The notes under the pieces: model-generated
Told to the model about the DNA's origin: nothing
The model's database searches: none
The model's input: the letters and a program-made list of their open reading frames with translations, nothing else
Shown here: piece after piece, positions 24,663-36,495 of the stretch
Layout: each line of letters starts with the position of its first letter
Numbering within the stretch: the first letter of the stretch is position 1
Origin: Octopus bimaculoides
Taxonomy: Eukaryota
Direction: 5' to 3'
Assembly: GCF_001194135.2 (NCBI RefSeq)
Contig: NC_068981.1
Span: forward strand, 150,546,125-150,610,124
DNA length: 64,000 nt
Position numbers and translations under genes: made by a program

Positions 24663-25438
24663 GGGATCTTTGTGATTTGACGGGCAACACTTGTTTTCTT
24701 AACGAAACACTTTCAAACTTGGGACACTGGTAGAATGTGTCATATAAAACAACTTCTTCTCTTAACCTTCTTAACAAAAAATTGTACCTCGCAAGTTATT
24801 TCATGTTAAAGTTGTCGTATTTCTGTAATTTCAACCAATCACTGACGTCTATTCAGCTGAATACAGTCAGTGCTGTTCGGTGTCAAGTGTGTTATTCCCT
24901 GTTTAATTATATCATTATTCCCTAGTAAGGGTTTAGGGTTTTAGGGTTAGGGTTCGGGTTTTAGGGTTAGGGTTGAGGTTAGGGTTAGGGTTAGGGTTAG
25001 GGTTATGAGTTAGAGTTAAGGTTATGGCAAAAATAATCATAACCCTAACCGTAATCCTAAAACTAACCCTAACTCTAAAACCCGAACCCTAACCCTAAAA
25101 CCCTAAAGCTAAAACCAGTACAAACGCACGAACGATGTCATAAATAACAGTGACACGCATAGTTTTTGTTGACAAACAACGGCACTAATTTTATTCAAGG
25201 GAAAAAATCCCGTAACACCGTTGTTTACATTCCACGACGTAATTGTTTTCACCTCAATAGACGTCAGTGATTGGTTGAAATTACCGAAATACGACAATTT
25301 TTTACATGAAATAACTTCGAATACAAAATTTTTTATCTGTTCTATAACACAAAATATACAAGTATTCGAAGTTTGAAAGTGTTTCGGTACCAAAAACACT
25401 ACATAAAAAAATGTTGCCCGTCAAATCACAAAGATCTC
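24663..25438. mobile_element. Non-autonomous DNA transposon/foldback (27-bp TIR, AT flanks; ISL2EU/Harbinger-like by inference)
   Basis: AT|GGGATCTTTGTGATTTGACGGGCAACA ... TGTTGCCCGTCAAATCACAAAGATCTC|AT (26/27 match). Diverged sub-terminal inverted arms contain caaccaatcactgacgtctatt. Confidence 0.8.
24932..25107. repeat. Head-to-head telomere-type repeats (TTAGGG)n / (CCCTAA)n inside the foldback element
   Basis: The G-rich array 24932-25026 and the C-rich array 25038-25107 share variant units (TTTAGGG, TTCGGG) in mirror order. Confidence 0.92.
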
Positions 25439-25536
25439 ATTTATGTTCTCAGTTCGTATCTCAACAGAGTCAGCTTCACCTTTTGTTATTCCGTGGTAGA
25501 TACAATAAATGACCAGTCAAGTACTAGGGGTGGGAT

Positions 25537-26070
25537 CAGGGCCGTCGCTAAGCCCCTCAACTCCTGCGGTCGCAGGGGGCCTCCGCGGTTGAGGAGCTAC
25601 ATGTTAAGGATCAAACTACATAGACGAAATGAAAATTTCAAGTCAGCCGAGGGAAAAAATACGAGGGTGAACCGTAAATAAATTTAAAAGAAACGAAAAA
25701 GGTAAGTGAAAAAGGCTTGTCAACGAATTCCCTAGGGAGATAAAAGGAAAAACGAAAGAAATTGAAAACAATGAAAATAAGAACAACTTCAAGAGAAAAG
25801 ACAAGAAAAAGAAGCAATAGTGATGAAAGGTGCGGATGTATACTTATACATACATACAAACATACACACACAGGCATTCGTATACACATTCATACATATA
25901 TACACACACACATATATACGTCTGGCTTTTATCTGTTTTGGTCTACCAAGTCCATTCACAAGGCTTGGCCAGCTCAGAGAGAGAGAGAGAAACGTGTACC
26001 AAACACACACACACGTCTCTTATTCTCTCTGCCTCTCCCTATTTCTTTATTCACTTCTCCCCCTCTGTGT

Positions 26071-26105
<35 letters not shown>

Positions 26106-26549
26106 GCCACTTGGTTTAAAATTGAATTAATATTCAATTTATCACCCTTATATATTTGGCGTCGTTATTTGACGTTGAAAAGCTGGTAATTTTGTACGCA
26201 GAACAGTGGCCTTAGGCAATAAAAACTAGAGACAAAATTCTTTCTGTACCAAAAACAAGGCGGGCGCGCACACACACATACTGTCACAAGTTTGTTTGTA
26301 TGTATGTGTGTGTATCCATCTATGTACAGAGGGGTAGAAAAAAGATATACCGCTAGTTTTTTATGTGTTGTATTTTAGAATTATCACAACAGACTCTGCT
26401 GTGATGATTCTAAAATACAAGAAGCTGTAAGGGACTATGCTTGATTTTTGCAGATAATAAAGGTGTGTAGATTATGAATTTTGATTGAAGAAATGGGGCC
26501 TCGAAACAAAAAGTTGCAGGGGGCCTCTAAAAGTCATGCGACGGCCCTG
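25537..26549. mobile_element. hAT-family MITE with perfect 8-bp TSD
   Basis: TIR CAGGGCCGTCGC / GCGACGGCCCTG. TSD GGTGGGAT at 25529-25536 and 26550-26557. Confidence 0.92.
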
Positions 26550-26574
26550 GGTGGGATCAATATTATCGACTATT

Positions 26575-26780
26575 TTGAGGCGGCAAGCTGGCCGGACAAA
26601 ATGCTTAACAACATTTCGTCTAACTTTACGCTCTGATTTCAAATTCTGCCATGGTTGACTATGTCTTCCATCCTTTTAGTGTCCATAAAATAAGTAACCA
26701 ATTGAGTACTGAGGTTGATATAATCGACTAGTCTCCTCCGGCGAAATTTCAGGCCTTGTGCTTATAGTAGAAAGCATCTA
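26575..26780 (+). mobile_element. SINE family B (aaggcggcgagctggcagaa head; central gactttgcctttcatccttt..gggtcgataa domain, Deu/Nin-like by recollection)
   Basis: Other copies at 32590-33300 (x3, -), 40970-41192 (-), 41455-41680 (+), 41730-41870 (+) and 57470-57700 (+). Confidence 0.75.
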
Positions 26781-26814
26781 GGACTGACAAAATTAATGCC
26801 AGTCATATAATGTT

Positions 26815-27030
26815 TTAGTGCCACTTTGGCGTGTGATCTACAAGAGAGATTACTGTAGGACATTGTAAATGTATTTTTTTTTCAAAATTCAAGCACGCAG
26901 ATAACCCACTAAAGTAACTTTGCCCACGTAGATCACACGGCAAAGTAACACTAACACAAAGTAAACTAAAAAGTAACCAAAAGTAATCTCCCTTTAAATT
27001 GTAGATCCCACGCCAAAAGAGCACCCTGTA
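26815..27030. mobile_element. Small Tc1/mariner-type MITE remnant
   Basis: tttggcgtgtgatctacaa (26825-26843) vs ttgtagatcccacgccaaa (26999-27017), 18/19 match. The right end reads gcaccctgTA (TA-CAGGGTG end). Five internal AAAGTAA motifs. Confidence 0.55.
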
Positions 27031-27516
27031 TTTTATACCACAAAACTATTTATATTCCGTCGCCTAAGACAGCCACTGTATTTGTCACATTCCTGAAAAT
27101 GCTTTATCTTAGAACCTACTAAATCATTTGTATCTCTCTTTAATAAAAAGAAAGTAATAATAATCAAACGGTTTTGATGTTTCGTGAAAACAAAATTGTA
27201 GTTAACCAAGTCATTGCCTAACTCCTTACTATTATAATAGTTATCTCCCTTGGTAAATTTTTTGGTATCTCCTACTTATTGATGAGAAGACGAATTGAAA
27301 TGGCATAATGTTGCATCCACATAATTCCTCTTTCTATGTTACACGAGTTGAACAAGTTTAAAATGTTGGAAATCGTATTAATTTTATTAAAAGTGCAATT
27401 TTTCCAACAGTGTTTCCATTCCTCACATCTGTCCCAACTCTGGCAGACACTGGTCTAACTGATGGATCTAATTTCACAGAGTGATGAAACATGCATGGAT
27501 GTGACTTTATGTACAT

Positions 27517-27556
<40 letters not shown>

Positions 27557-27673
27557 CAGCAGCAGCAGCAATGGTGTTGGTGACGTCAGCAGCACTAGAA
27601 AAGGTGATGGTGGACTACGAGAGAACACATTTTGCTTATTGGAGTAGTCATTGTAATATTTTAACTGAATGGA

Positions 27674-27768
27674 TTACAGACGAGCTTCCTCTAGTGGAAC
27701 ATGTAACTCAAAAAATTTAACAATATTCTCCATTTCATGTGATATTTTACATTCAAATTCACAGTTGG
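27674..27768 (-). CDS. Candidate terminal coding exon of an unidentified minus-strand gene
   Basis: Acceptor gatattttgattcAG, frame NCEFECKISHEMENIVKFFELHVPLEEARL*, AATAAA on the minus strand near 27383-27388. It lies at the edge of the CpG-depleted domain. Confidence 0.3.
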
Positions 27769-27867
27769 CTGAATCAAAATATCAATGGTTCATATTCTTC
27801 CATAAATGCTGCGTCATTTTCATGTATTCATATTGTAAGACTGTTTCTATCAACACGTGTTATATAC

Positions 27868-28262
27868 TCTTTTACGTATTTCAGTCATTTGACTGCGGCC
27901 ATGCTGGGGTACCACCTTTAGTCGAGAAAATCGACCCCAGGACTTATTCTTTGTAAGCCTAGTACTTATTCTATCGGTCTCTTTGCCAAACCGCTAAGTT
28001 ACGGGGACGTAAACATGCCAGCATCGGTTGTCAAGCGAAGTTGGGGGGACAAACACAGACACACAAACATATACACACACATACATATATATACATATAT
28101 ACGACGGACTTCTTTCAGTTTCCGTCTACCAAATCCACTCACAAGGCTTTGGTCGGCCTGAGGCTATAGTAGAAGACACTTGCCCAAGTTGTCACACAGT
28201 GGGACTGAACCCAGAACCATATGGTTGGTAAGCAAGCTACTTACCACACAGCTACTCCTGCT
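27868..28262 (-). mobile_element. SINE family A (tRNA head gcaggagt.gctgtgtggtaagtagcttgc; body caacttgggcaagtgtcttctactatagcc), near full length, CpG largely intact
   Basis: Other copies or fragments at 13583-13655 (-), 15008-15090 (+), 22841-22925 (+), 29590-29965 (+), 30293-30712 (-), 34478-34850 (+), 37615-37990 (-), 46840-47220 (-) and 50320-50660 (-). Confidence 0.85.
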
Positions 28263-28334
28263 TTAAATATCTGAAATAAACATGAAATTTCAAAAAATAT
28301 GTTGTATCTATCTATCTCATCAACCATGATATTC

Positions 28335-28760
28335 AGGTTCACGCATCATTGTCAACAATGACCAAGGACTTGACATGGGTGAAGACGGGTGATGATATGT
28401 CTGGCTGTGGCCAATATGACTGATATATGCTCAGAGGGCTCTGCTGCAGGTTGGGCACCAGTGTTCTTCTGGGTTAGAAGACAAGGAATTGGCACTGGAC
28501 TTGCATGGTTTCTTTGTGCCCCTGCAATCTTGTTCTGTTTGTTAGAGGTGGCATCTCTGTTGGTGCAGCTTCATCAGGTGGGGCAAACTTGTGTTTGCAT
28601 TTCTTGGATGTCAAGGTTAATCTCAAAGCTTTCCAGTGAGCTACTGAGTGTATCCTTCAAGTGCTTGTTCTGTCCATCTTGTGTTGCACTTGCCTTTCAC
28701 CACTTTGCTGTAAAACAGCCACTTGGAGAGTTATATGCCAGGTATTTGAACAACAAAGCA
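28335..28760 (-). mobile_element. RTE-clade LINE 3' end remnant (CpG-decayed)
   Basis: Degenerate PxxRLPKRLFYGELxxGKR, KHLKDTLSSSLESFEINLD, QNKIAGAQR and HWCPTCSRAL C2H2-like tail, plus a ggtcattgttgacaatgatg 3' end. Arg codons show TG/CA replacements. Confidence 0.75.
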
Positions 28761-30292
28761 AGAATATAAAATGATATGAGTAGATCTGTAAAAAAAATAT
28801 TTTGTTAATAACCAGTGTCTCTGTTTAAAAAAAATTACTATAACAACACTTCTATACAAAAGGAGAAAAATGTCTTTTTGAGATGTTATTACCCATATCA
28901 TGTTGGAATGTTTTTCAAGTAGGCTTTGACTTCTCAGATTCCATATGGGACCACTTTATGCTGATAGTGCTTCTTGGAATTTTAATGAAATTCACAACAT
29001 ACAAATATCAATAATAGCAATATAAACATCACATTTCATATAAGAAACAGCTATCATCATCAACATTATCATTATCATCATATTCATCATCATCATCACT
29101 TCCACCACCAGCATTCACATTGTCATCACTTTTATTATTATCATTATTCTCACTCCTATTCAACTTTTCTTATAGTACCTCTTTAGATATCCTATAATAC
29201 CCATTGCTCTCATTTTCTATAGTGTTCACAAGAAAATATTAATGATTCTTTCAACATTTCAGAAGCAATCATTTAATCAAATTTGATTACAGAATTAAAA
29301 AACACTTATGCAAGATTTGAATATAAATCCAAGATGTACAGAATGTAGTCTCATAAAGATCAGAATTCATAAATTTATATTGACATTTTCAGAACCTTAT
29401 TTTTATTGAAATACTTCCTATGTATTTTAATTAATTTTGACAAAAAAAGTGGGTGGGGAATGGAGTTGGAAGTATTTAGTAAAATCGTTTTCCTTTCTTT
29501 TATCAAGCTGCTCTTTGGAATGTAACCTAACAAAGGGTTTTAACATATATTATGATAGATTTTAATTTAAATTGAACACTTTATAATTGGCGCAGGCATG
29601 GCTGTGTGGTTAAGAAGCTCACTGTGCAACTATGTGATTTTGGGTTCAGCACCTCGGGCAAGAATATTCTACTATAGTGCCAGGCCCTGTGAGTGAATTT
29701 GGTAGACAAAACTGTAAAACAGCACATCATATACATGAGTGTGCAAGCGTGTGTGTATGTGTGTGTGTGTGTGTTTATGTTGTGTCCACTCTCCCACTGT
29801 TTGTCAAGCAGTATTGATTTGTTTACATCCCCATACTTAAGAGGTTCAACAAAAGAGACTGAAAGAGTAAGTCCCAGACTTAAAAAAAAAAATAAGTACT
29901 GGGGTTGATTTATTTGACTAAACCATCAAGACAATGCCCCCAACATGGCTGCAGTTTAATGACTGAATGAACCATTAACACTTTCAGGGTTCATTCAACC
30001 AATTCAGACTTAACGCCAATGGATTCTATGGGTGTTAATTAATTTTGAAAATCAAAACTCTAGAGAGATTTAGTCGTCGTTTATCATAATGTTTTACTTT
30101 AATCAACTAGAGTTTGAAACAACAAAAATTTTTTCATATAAAAATTAGAATTGGAGATTTTTTTTATTTAAATATGAATATTTTAAAACAGGATGCTTGA
30201 TGTTTTGTATCGGTAGTCATGGGTAAAATGTTACCCACAGGACTAATTGAGGGAAACACAAGATTTCACAAGGAAAATAATATTCTTTTTTT

Positions 30293-30513
30293 CTTTTACT
30301 TGTTTCAGCCATTTGGCTGTGGCCATGCTGGAGCACTGTCTTTAGTCGAGCAAATCAACCCCAGGACTTATTCTTTGTAAGCCTAGTATTTATTCTATCA
30401 GTGTCTTTTGTTGAACTGCTAGGTTACAGGAATGTAAACACACCAGTATCAGTTGTCAGGCGATGTTGGGGGAACAAACACACACACACAAACATATATA
30501 TATATATGTCATA

Positions 30514-30551
<38 letters not shown>

Positions 30552-30712
30552 GCTTCTTTCAGTTACTGTCTACCAAATCCACTCACAAGGCTTTATTTGG
30601 CCCATGGCTAGAGTAGAAGACACTTGCCCAAGATGCCATGCAGTGGGACTGAACCTGGAACCATGTGGTTGGTAAGCAAACTACTTACCACACAGCCACT
30701 CCTGCACCTATG
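30293..30712 (-). mobile_element. SINE family A copy with CpG decay
   Basis: Aligns to 27868-28262. ctgcggcc>ctgtggcc, aatcgacc>aatcaacc, ccgctaag>ctgctagg, acgacgg>atgatgg. Confidence 0.85.
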
Positions 30713-31084
30713 AGCATACGCATGATTTATTTAATAGTGCAGACCATCTGATGATGAACCATGTCTCAAGAGGCCTACACTTGTCTTAGAATCAGGAATA
30801 GTCTGAGGTAAATTAATAATCAAAAGGTTTGAAAGATTACAAAGAAAGAAAATATACAATTATCAACAACAATAATGAGTTTGAATTTAAGGGAGAAAAA
30901 AAAAGTCAACAACAACAAAATACTTTATCTAATTTTTTACCAATTTATTTGGAATGTGATTGAAAATAAAGGACACTGAATCCAAACAAATTGTCTATAT
31001 TTTAGTGAGCATTGGATATTTACTGCCAAGTGAACATTTGATGATGTAAGAATACAAGTGACAGTTTGACAAGTTTAGATTTAT

Positions 31085-31128
<44 letters not shown>

Positions 31129-31612
31129 CAGATATAGTCTACTTGCAAGAAATAAAGGGACATAGTCCAGGAGCCTTATCAAGGTTACTGGATTATAGAA
31201 ACGAGAAAAAAATAAAAGAGTAAAAGAAAATACCAGAAAAATCTTCTCTAGATTTTCTCACATGAAGTTTTATTGTCTTTCTTTCTCAATATATTAACGA
31301 ATTCTTTATAATAATCTAACAACTGCTGTCGTTTTTTTTTTNNNNNNNNNNNNNNNNNNNNNNNNNNNNNNNNNNNNNNNNNNNNNNNNNNCATATAAAT
31401 AACATATATACTGAAATCTAGCTTATATTAAACATTTTGGATGGGTTTTTTTTTTTTTTTCACAAAAGGTACAATAAATAAATAGGAAATAAATAAAAAC
31501 AAATTTGTGTGTGGATCTGTGTGTTTATATTTGTGTATGTGTGTGTGTACTTCTCTATGCATCATCATCATAATCATCATCATCATGCATACAGAGAAAT
31601 GCACACATACAC

Positions 31613-31659
<47 letters not shown>

Positions 31660-31692
31660 TGTGTATGTGTGCATATATATATATCATGTGTA

Positions 31693-31735
<43 letters not shown>

Positions 31736-31856
31736 GCATATGTGTATGTGTGCATATATATATATATAATTATGTGGCAAATGAAAGATGGAAGATGAAA
31801 TGTACAAGAATTTTTATTAATCATGACAATTGTTTCAACACATCTAGCATCGATAC

Positions 31857-31955
31857 CTCACAGGTGGGACACTTAACAACTGGTTCAGGAGTATTCGGCA
31901 GTGCAGATGTGTCTCATCAGGTGATAAGTAGATACAACTCAATAAAATAACAGTT
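31857..31955 (-). CDS. Candidate internal exon (99 nt)
   Basis: Acceptor acattgcAG, donor GAG|GTATCG, single open frame TVILLSCIYLSPDETHLHCRILLNQLLSVPPV. A retained CpG sits in a CpG-poor region. It is phase-compatible with candidate 33833-33869. Confidence 0.35.
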
Positions 31956-32455
31956 CTGCAATGTATCTTCTCATTTCATAGAAAGAAAAGCAGCAAAACA
32001 AAGGAAATATCTTCATTTATATATTCACACACATTATACATTTACATACATATGCATATCAACATGCATGCATATAAAGACATACACATATATTTGTGTG
32101 TCTGTATGTACTAATGTGCATGTGTGTGTGTGTGTGCATGTGTGTGCATACGTGAGTATAAAAGATTTTCACAATGTTTTTAAACATGATACGTTTGACA
32201 AATTTTCTTAATTTCATGAGAAATTGGAGTAACTTCAATTTTTTTTAACTGGAAACAAACTGAAGAATATGAATCAATAAATAAATTAGTATATAGAGAA
32301 TCACCTATAAGGAAACTGAGAAATAGGAAGAATTCTTCTAATCTTATATTTACAACCAAGAGAACATTTTGGACAGAGCTCTTTATTAAATCTACTGTAA
32401 AGTTTCAAAGCTTCTTTTTAGTCTATCAAACCCTACCACAGACATAAATACACAC

Positions 32456-32489
<34 letters not shown>

Positions 32490-32574
32490 AGTTTTTGAAA
32501 CACTGATGTTTTAAAGTCTGTATGAAACTACCAATGGAGAGTAAAGACTACATAATAATAATAATAATAATAAT

Positions 32575-33037
32575 AATGATAATAATAATAATCCTTTCTA
32601 CCAGAGGCACAAGGCTCAAATTTGGTGGGAGGGGACTAGTCGATTACATCGACCCCAGTGTTTTACTGGTACTTAATTCATCGACCCCAAAAGGATGAAA
32701 GGCAAAGTTGACCTTGGCAGTATATTTGAACTCAGAATGTAGTGATGGACAAAATATAGCTAAGTATTTCGTCCAGCATGCTCATGATTCTGCTAGCTCA
32801 CCACCTCATATAACAATAATAATGATTCAAATTTTGGCACAAAACCAGCAATTTCAAGGGAGTTAGTAAGTCAATTATATTGACTCCATGTTCAACTGGT
32901 ACTTATTTTATCGACCCTGAAAGGATGGAAGGCAAAGTCAACCTCAGCAGAATTTGAACTCAGAATGTAAAGGCAGACGAAATGCTACTAGGCATTTTGC
33001 CTGCCATGTAAATGATTCTGCCAGCTCTCTGCCTTGC

Positions 33038-33069
<32 letters not shown>

Positions 33070-33309
33070 TAATAATAATCATCATTTCTACTATAGGCGC
33101 AAGGCCTGAAATTTGGAGAGGGAGATAGTTAATTTCATCAACCCCAGTGTGCTACTGGTACTTATCAACCCAGAAAGGCTGAAATGCAAAGTTAACCTTG
33201 GCACAATTTGAACCCATAACGTAAAAACAGACAAAATGCCAGTAAGCATTTTGACTGGCATACTAACAATTCTGCCAGCTCACCACATTGTATAATAATA
33301 CTAATAATA

Positions 33310-33350
<41 letters not shown>
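32575..33350 (-). mobile_element. Three tandem SINE family B copies separated by (TAA)n tracts
   Basis: gcacaaggc..aaatt...gacccc..aaggatgaaaggcaaagt..accttggcag.atttgaactcagaa...tctgccagctc is repeated three times with TAA runs between. Confidence 0.88.
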
Positions 33351-33352
<2 letters not shown>

Positions 33353-33832
33353 AGTTGGCAGATAGCATAAAATTTATTATTTAGGAGGAAGAGACATAGT
33401 CAAAGAACTAACTTGGCTAGTCTAATTACTCTAAGATATTTATCTGTGCCTCGCACACTCAAAATAGTTCAAATATTATTTCATATTGGTAGTGATAAGA
33501 TTATGTGATGTGCATGCTTATCTCATTAGACACTAAAAATATGAGTAAAGTGAAACAACAGTTGAAATTAATTATGAAATAATTCAAACTACTTCTTTAT
33601 TTTGTTTTAACTATCACATCTCAGCTGCTAAGGAACTGGTGCAACAACACCTTTGAAGTTGTTAACTTAGTCATGAAAAGGAGCTTATGGTATATATTTG
33701 TCCAACCCATTCCAGCATGAAAAATGGACATTAAATGGTAATGACGATGACGACAATGATGATGATGATATTTGTTGTTTGTTGAAAACAGAGCAGAACT
33801 GATTTGGATTCAGGAGAATGAGATCTCCATAC

Positions 33833-33869
33833 TGGATAGTAGATATCATCCAACATTGGCTCCACCTTA
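33833..33869 (-). CDS. Candidate 37-nt exon
   Basis: Strong polypyrimidine acceptor (ttttcattttttTGCAG) and donor CCA|GTATGG. Two frames are open (KVEPMLDDIYYP or RWSQCWMISTIQ). Confidence 0.3.
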
Positions 33870-35741
33870 CTGCAAAAAAATGAAAAGAAAAGAAAGAAAA
33901 GGAAAAGAAGAAAGAAAGAAAGAAATTCTAATTTTTCCTTATACATTTCAATGAAAATTTATGAGTTTCAAATACATTTTACAGGGTGACTATAAAATCT
34001 GAATAAATGGGAAATATCACAATCATATATGAATGCTCTCACACTGATGGAAATATGGAGTTACGACATCAGGTTCATGTGACTCTTACAAAGTGCATTG
34101 AACTTTGTACCTGTAGTGGTGGAAGCCCCAATGAAAATGTTATTCATTAATGAAACTGAATAAAATTATTGAAAATATGCATTTCCACCTCTATAGCCAG
34201 ACTTTACAGTTATCCTGTATATTACTGGTGGATAGTTTAGTAGATATTGCAATCACCCACACAACCAATTTTTTAGAGAGAAGAAATATGCAGTTAATTC
34301 CAGCAGGACTTGAACTCAGAACCCCCAAGTTCTATTCTAGTTACTGTAAAGAATCCAAAATTAGCACTCTGTTGAAGTCAAACTATAAAGGTTCATACTA
34401 TATGACAAATCTTGATGCTCTACCAGGTCTGCCAAGTCACCTAATCATAAAAGTAATTTTTTTTTTTTTTATAAACAGGAGCAGCCATGGCTGTGAGGTT
34501 AAGAAGTTTTTGTTTTGCAACCATACGTTTGAGGTTCAATCCCACTGCACAGTTCCCAAGACAAGTGTCTTCTACTAAAGCTTTCAGCCAACCAATACCT
34601 TGTGAGTTAATTTGGTAGTTAGAGACTGACAGAAGCCTATCAAATACATGTTTGTGTATCCTACTCAGCACTTGACAGCTGGTGTTGGTATGTTTACATC
34701 CCTGTAACTTGGCAGTTCAGTAAAAAACACCAATAGAATAAGTACCAAACTAGAATATGAATAAGTACTGTGGTAGATTTGTTCAACTAAACACTTAAAG
34801 CATTGTCTCAGCACAGTCCAATAACTGAAACAACTAAAAAATAAAAGATTATTTTCATATTTGGTTTAGCGCTTGTAATTTAGATGTGAAAGGGAACAAG
34901 GAAAATGTATTGTTTATGCGAGTCCCAAGACTTTAGGCAATGTAAGATTACATATTTTATTAGCAGAGAGCTTATCATTACACTGCAACACCTTTGACTA
35001 CAATAATGATAATAATGATGATGTTGATAATAATAATAACAAAAATAGAGTAATATTTTCATTATTATCATAAATCATTTTTATCTTTATCCTAGCCATT
35101 CTCTCGTGAATAGAATCCACACCAAACAGAAAACCTATAATTTTTATTGGTCTCCAAGAGGGAACTAACTTGGATGGTACATTAGCACCTTAACATAAAT
35201 GTTGTAGCAATTTATACCTCACTGATACAGTTACTACTACTACAAATATTATACAATTTCATGTGTTAGCATTATATATTATTATATATTATATAATACT
35301 AATATTACATAATATTATATGTTATTATATAATATTAATATCATATAATATTAATATCATATAATATTATATAACTCATGTACAGTAGTATAACTGTACT
35401 TGTCAGAGGGGTTTGCTTTGTTTCGTTTTGTTTTGGGAAATATTGGTGCTGAATGATATTAATAAAAGTAAGCAAAAAGTTCTTTATATTACGAAAGGAG
35501 AGACAAAAAAATGTACTAAACAAAGAAAAATAAATAAATATTTGAATTCTCATTACATTTTCTGGTACTCTGTTATTAGTTCACAAGAAGACTATTATTA
35601 TTATTATTATTTTTATTATTATTATTAGTTGTTTCAAATGTTACAAATTCTGTTTATAAATTCAATAATGAATTAAAAGCAGCACTAGTGTTGTAAACAT
35701 TATCGACTGTGCATATACAATGTACATATTTTGCTTTTTTG

Positions 35742-35834
35742 CTGGTTTGCTGTGGTACAGCATTTCAAGGATGACTCCATCATAATGCTGGGTGAGGGTG
35801 TTGACCCCCTAAGTGCTATGCCACAGCAAACCAG
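35742..35834. repeat. 24-bp inverted repeat with 45-nt loop
   Basis: ctggtttgctgtgg (35742-35755) is perfectly complementary to 35821-35834, extending to 24 bp with two G-T pairs and one mismatch. Confidence 0.9.
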
Positions 35835-36398
35835 TGAACAAACAAAACACATACATTGAGTATGCTTATATACATATAATAAACAAAGCAAGAAATGTGT
35901 GTTATAAAGTTGTGTAGCTTTTCAAACTATTAACACTATCATTAGAGATGAAACATTATTTTGTAAAACATTTAATATGTACTCTTTGTTTACATCAGGA
36001 ATTTGGCAAAGTAATGACCAGAGATCAAATTAATTAAAATCTAGAGTACATATTAAATGTTATGAAATAAATCTCTCATAGCTTAATATGAGGTCAATAG
36101 ATAAAAAAATGCATAGCTTCTTTACAACAACCCATCTCAGATATTTAAACATTTAATGAAGAAAAGCATGGATTAACTCTGGCAATTTATTTATTTTATT
36201 TGTTTTTGAGTCTAAGTTTATGTTTGTTGAAAATATGGTTCTTAATTATAAGCATACTGTTGCTTCTTAAATGTATTCAACTGTTATGTTTTTAAATTCA
36301 AATTACAATGAACATAAACAAACAAACGATGTTTGCTTTTAAAAGCGTTGAGATGTCTTAGAAAGTTAAAGAAGTGATTTTAAATTCTCAATTGCAGA

Positions 36399-36495
36399 AT
36401 AATGCTAATAATATAGCCTGAACAGGATAAACTACCCCTATTTTGCAGAAAAATGTGTAGGTGGCTATATGTTCAGGCTATATTATTAGCATTAT
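36399..36495. repeat. Perfect 26-bp inverted repeat with 45-nt loop
   Basis: ataatgctaataatatagcctgaaca (36399-36424) / tgttcaggctatattattagcattat (36470-36495). Confidence 0.93.

Noticed and set aside
24932-25107. True telomere-telomere fusion scar
   Set aside because: The arrays are mirror copies, including variant units, and lie inside a TIR-bounded element whose relative at 60 kb also has TTAGGG.
27462-27647. Poly-Ser ORF MDLISQSDETC...
   Set aside because: It is driven by an (AGT)n/(AGC)n microsatellite and has no homology or splice support.
28930-29030. Plus-strand HMGPLYADS resembling a GNAT-family motif
   Set aside because: Short match with an upstream stop, no donor and no supporting domain sequence.
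31428-31807. ORFs rich in YI/HT/CV repeats (also 8088-8560, 14006-14485, 25762-26130, 56916-57148)
   Set aside because: These are translations of (TA)n, (CA)n and (GT)n microsatellites.
32575-33350. CRISPR-like repeat/spacer array
   Set aside because: Units are ~220-bp diverged SINEs in eukaryotic DNA, with no short identical repeats and no cas genes.
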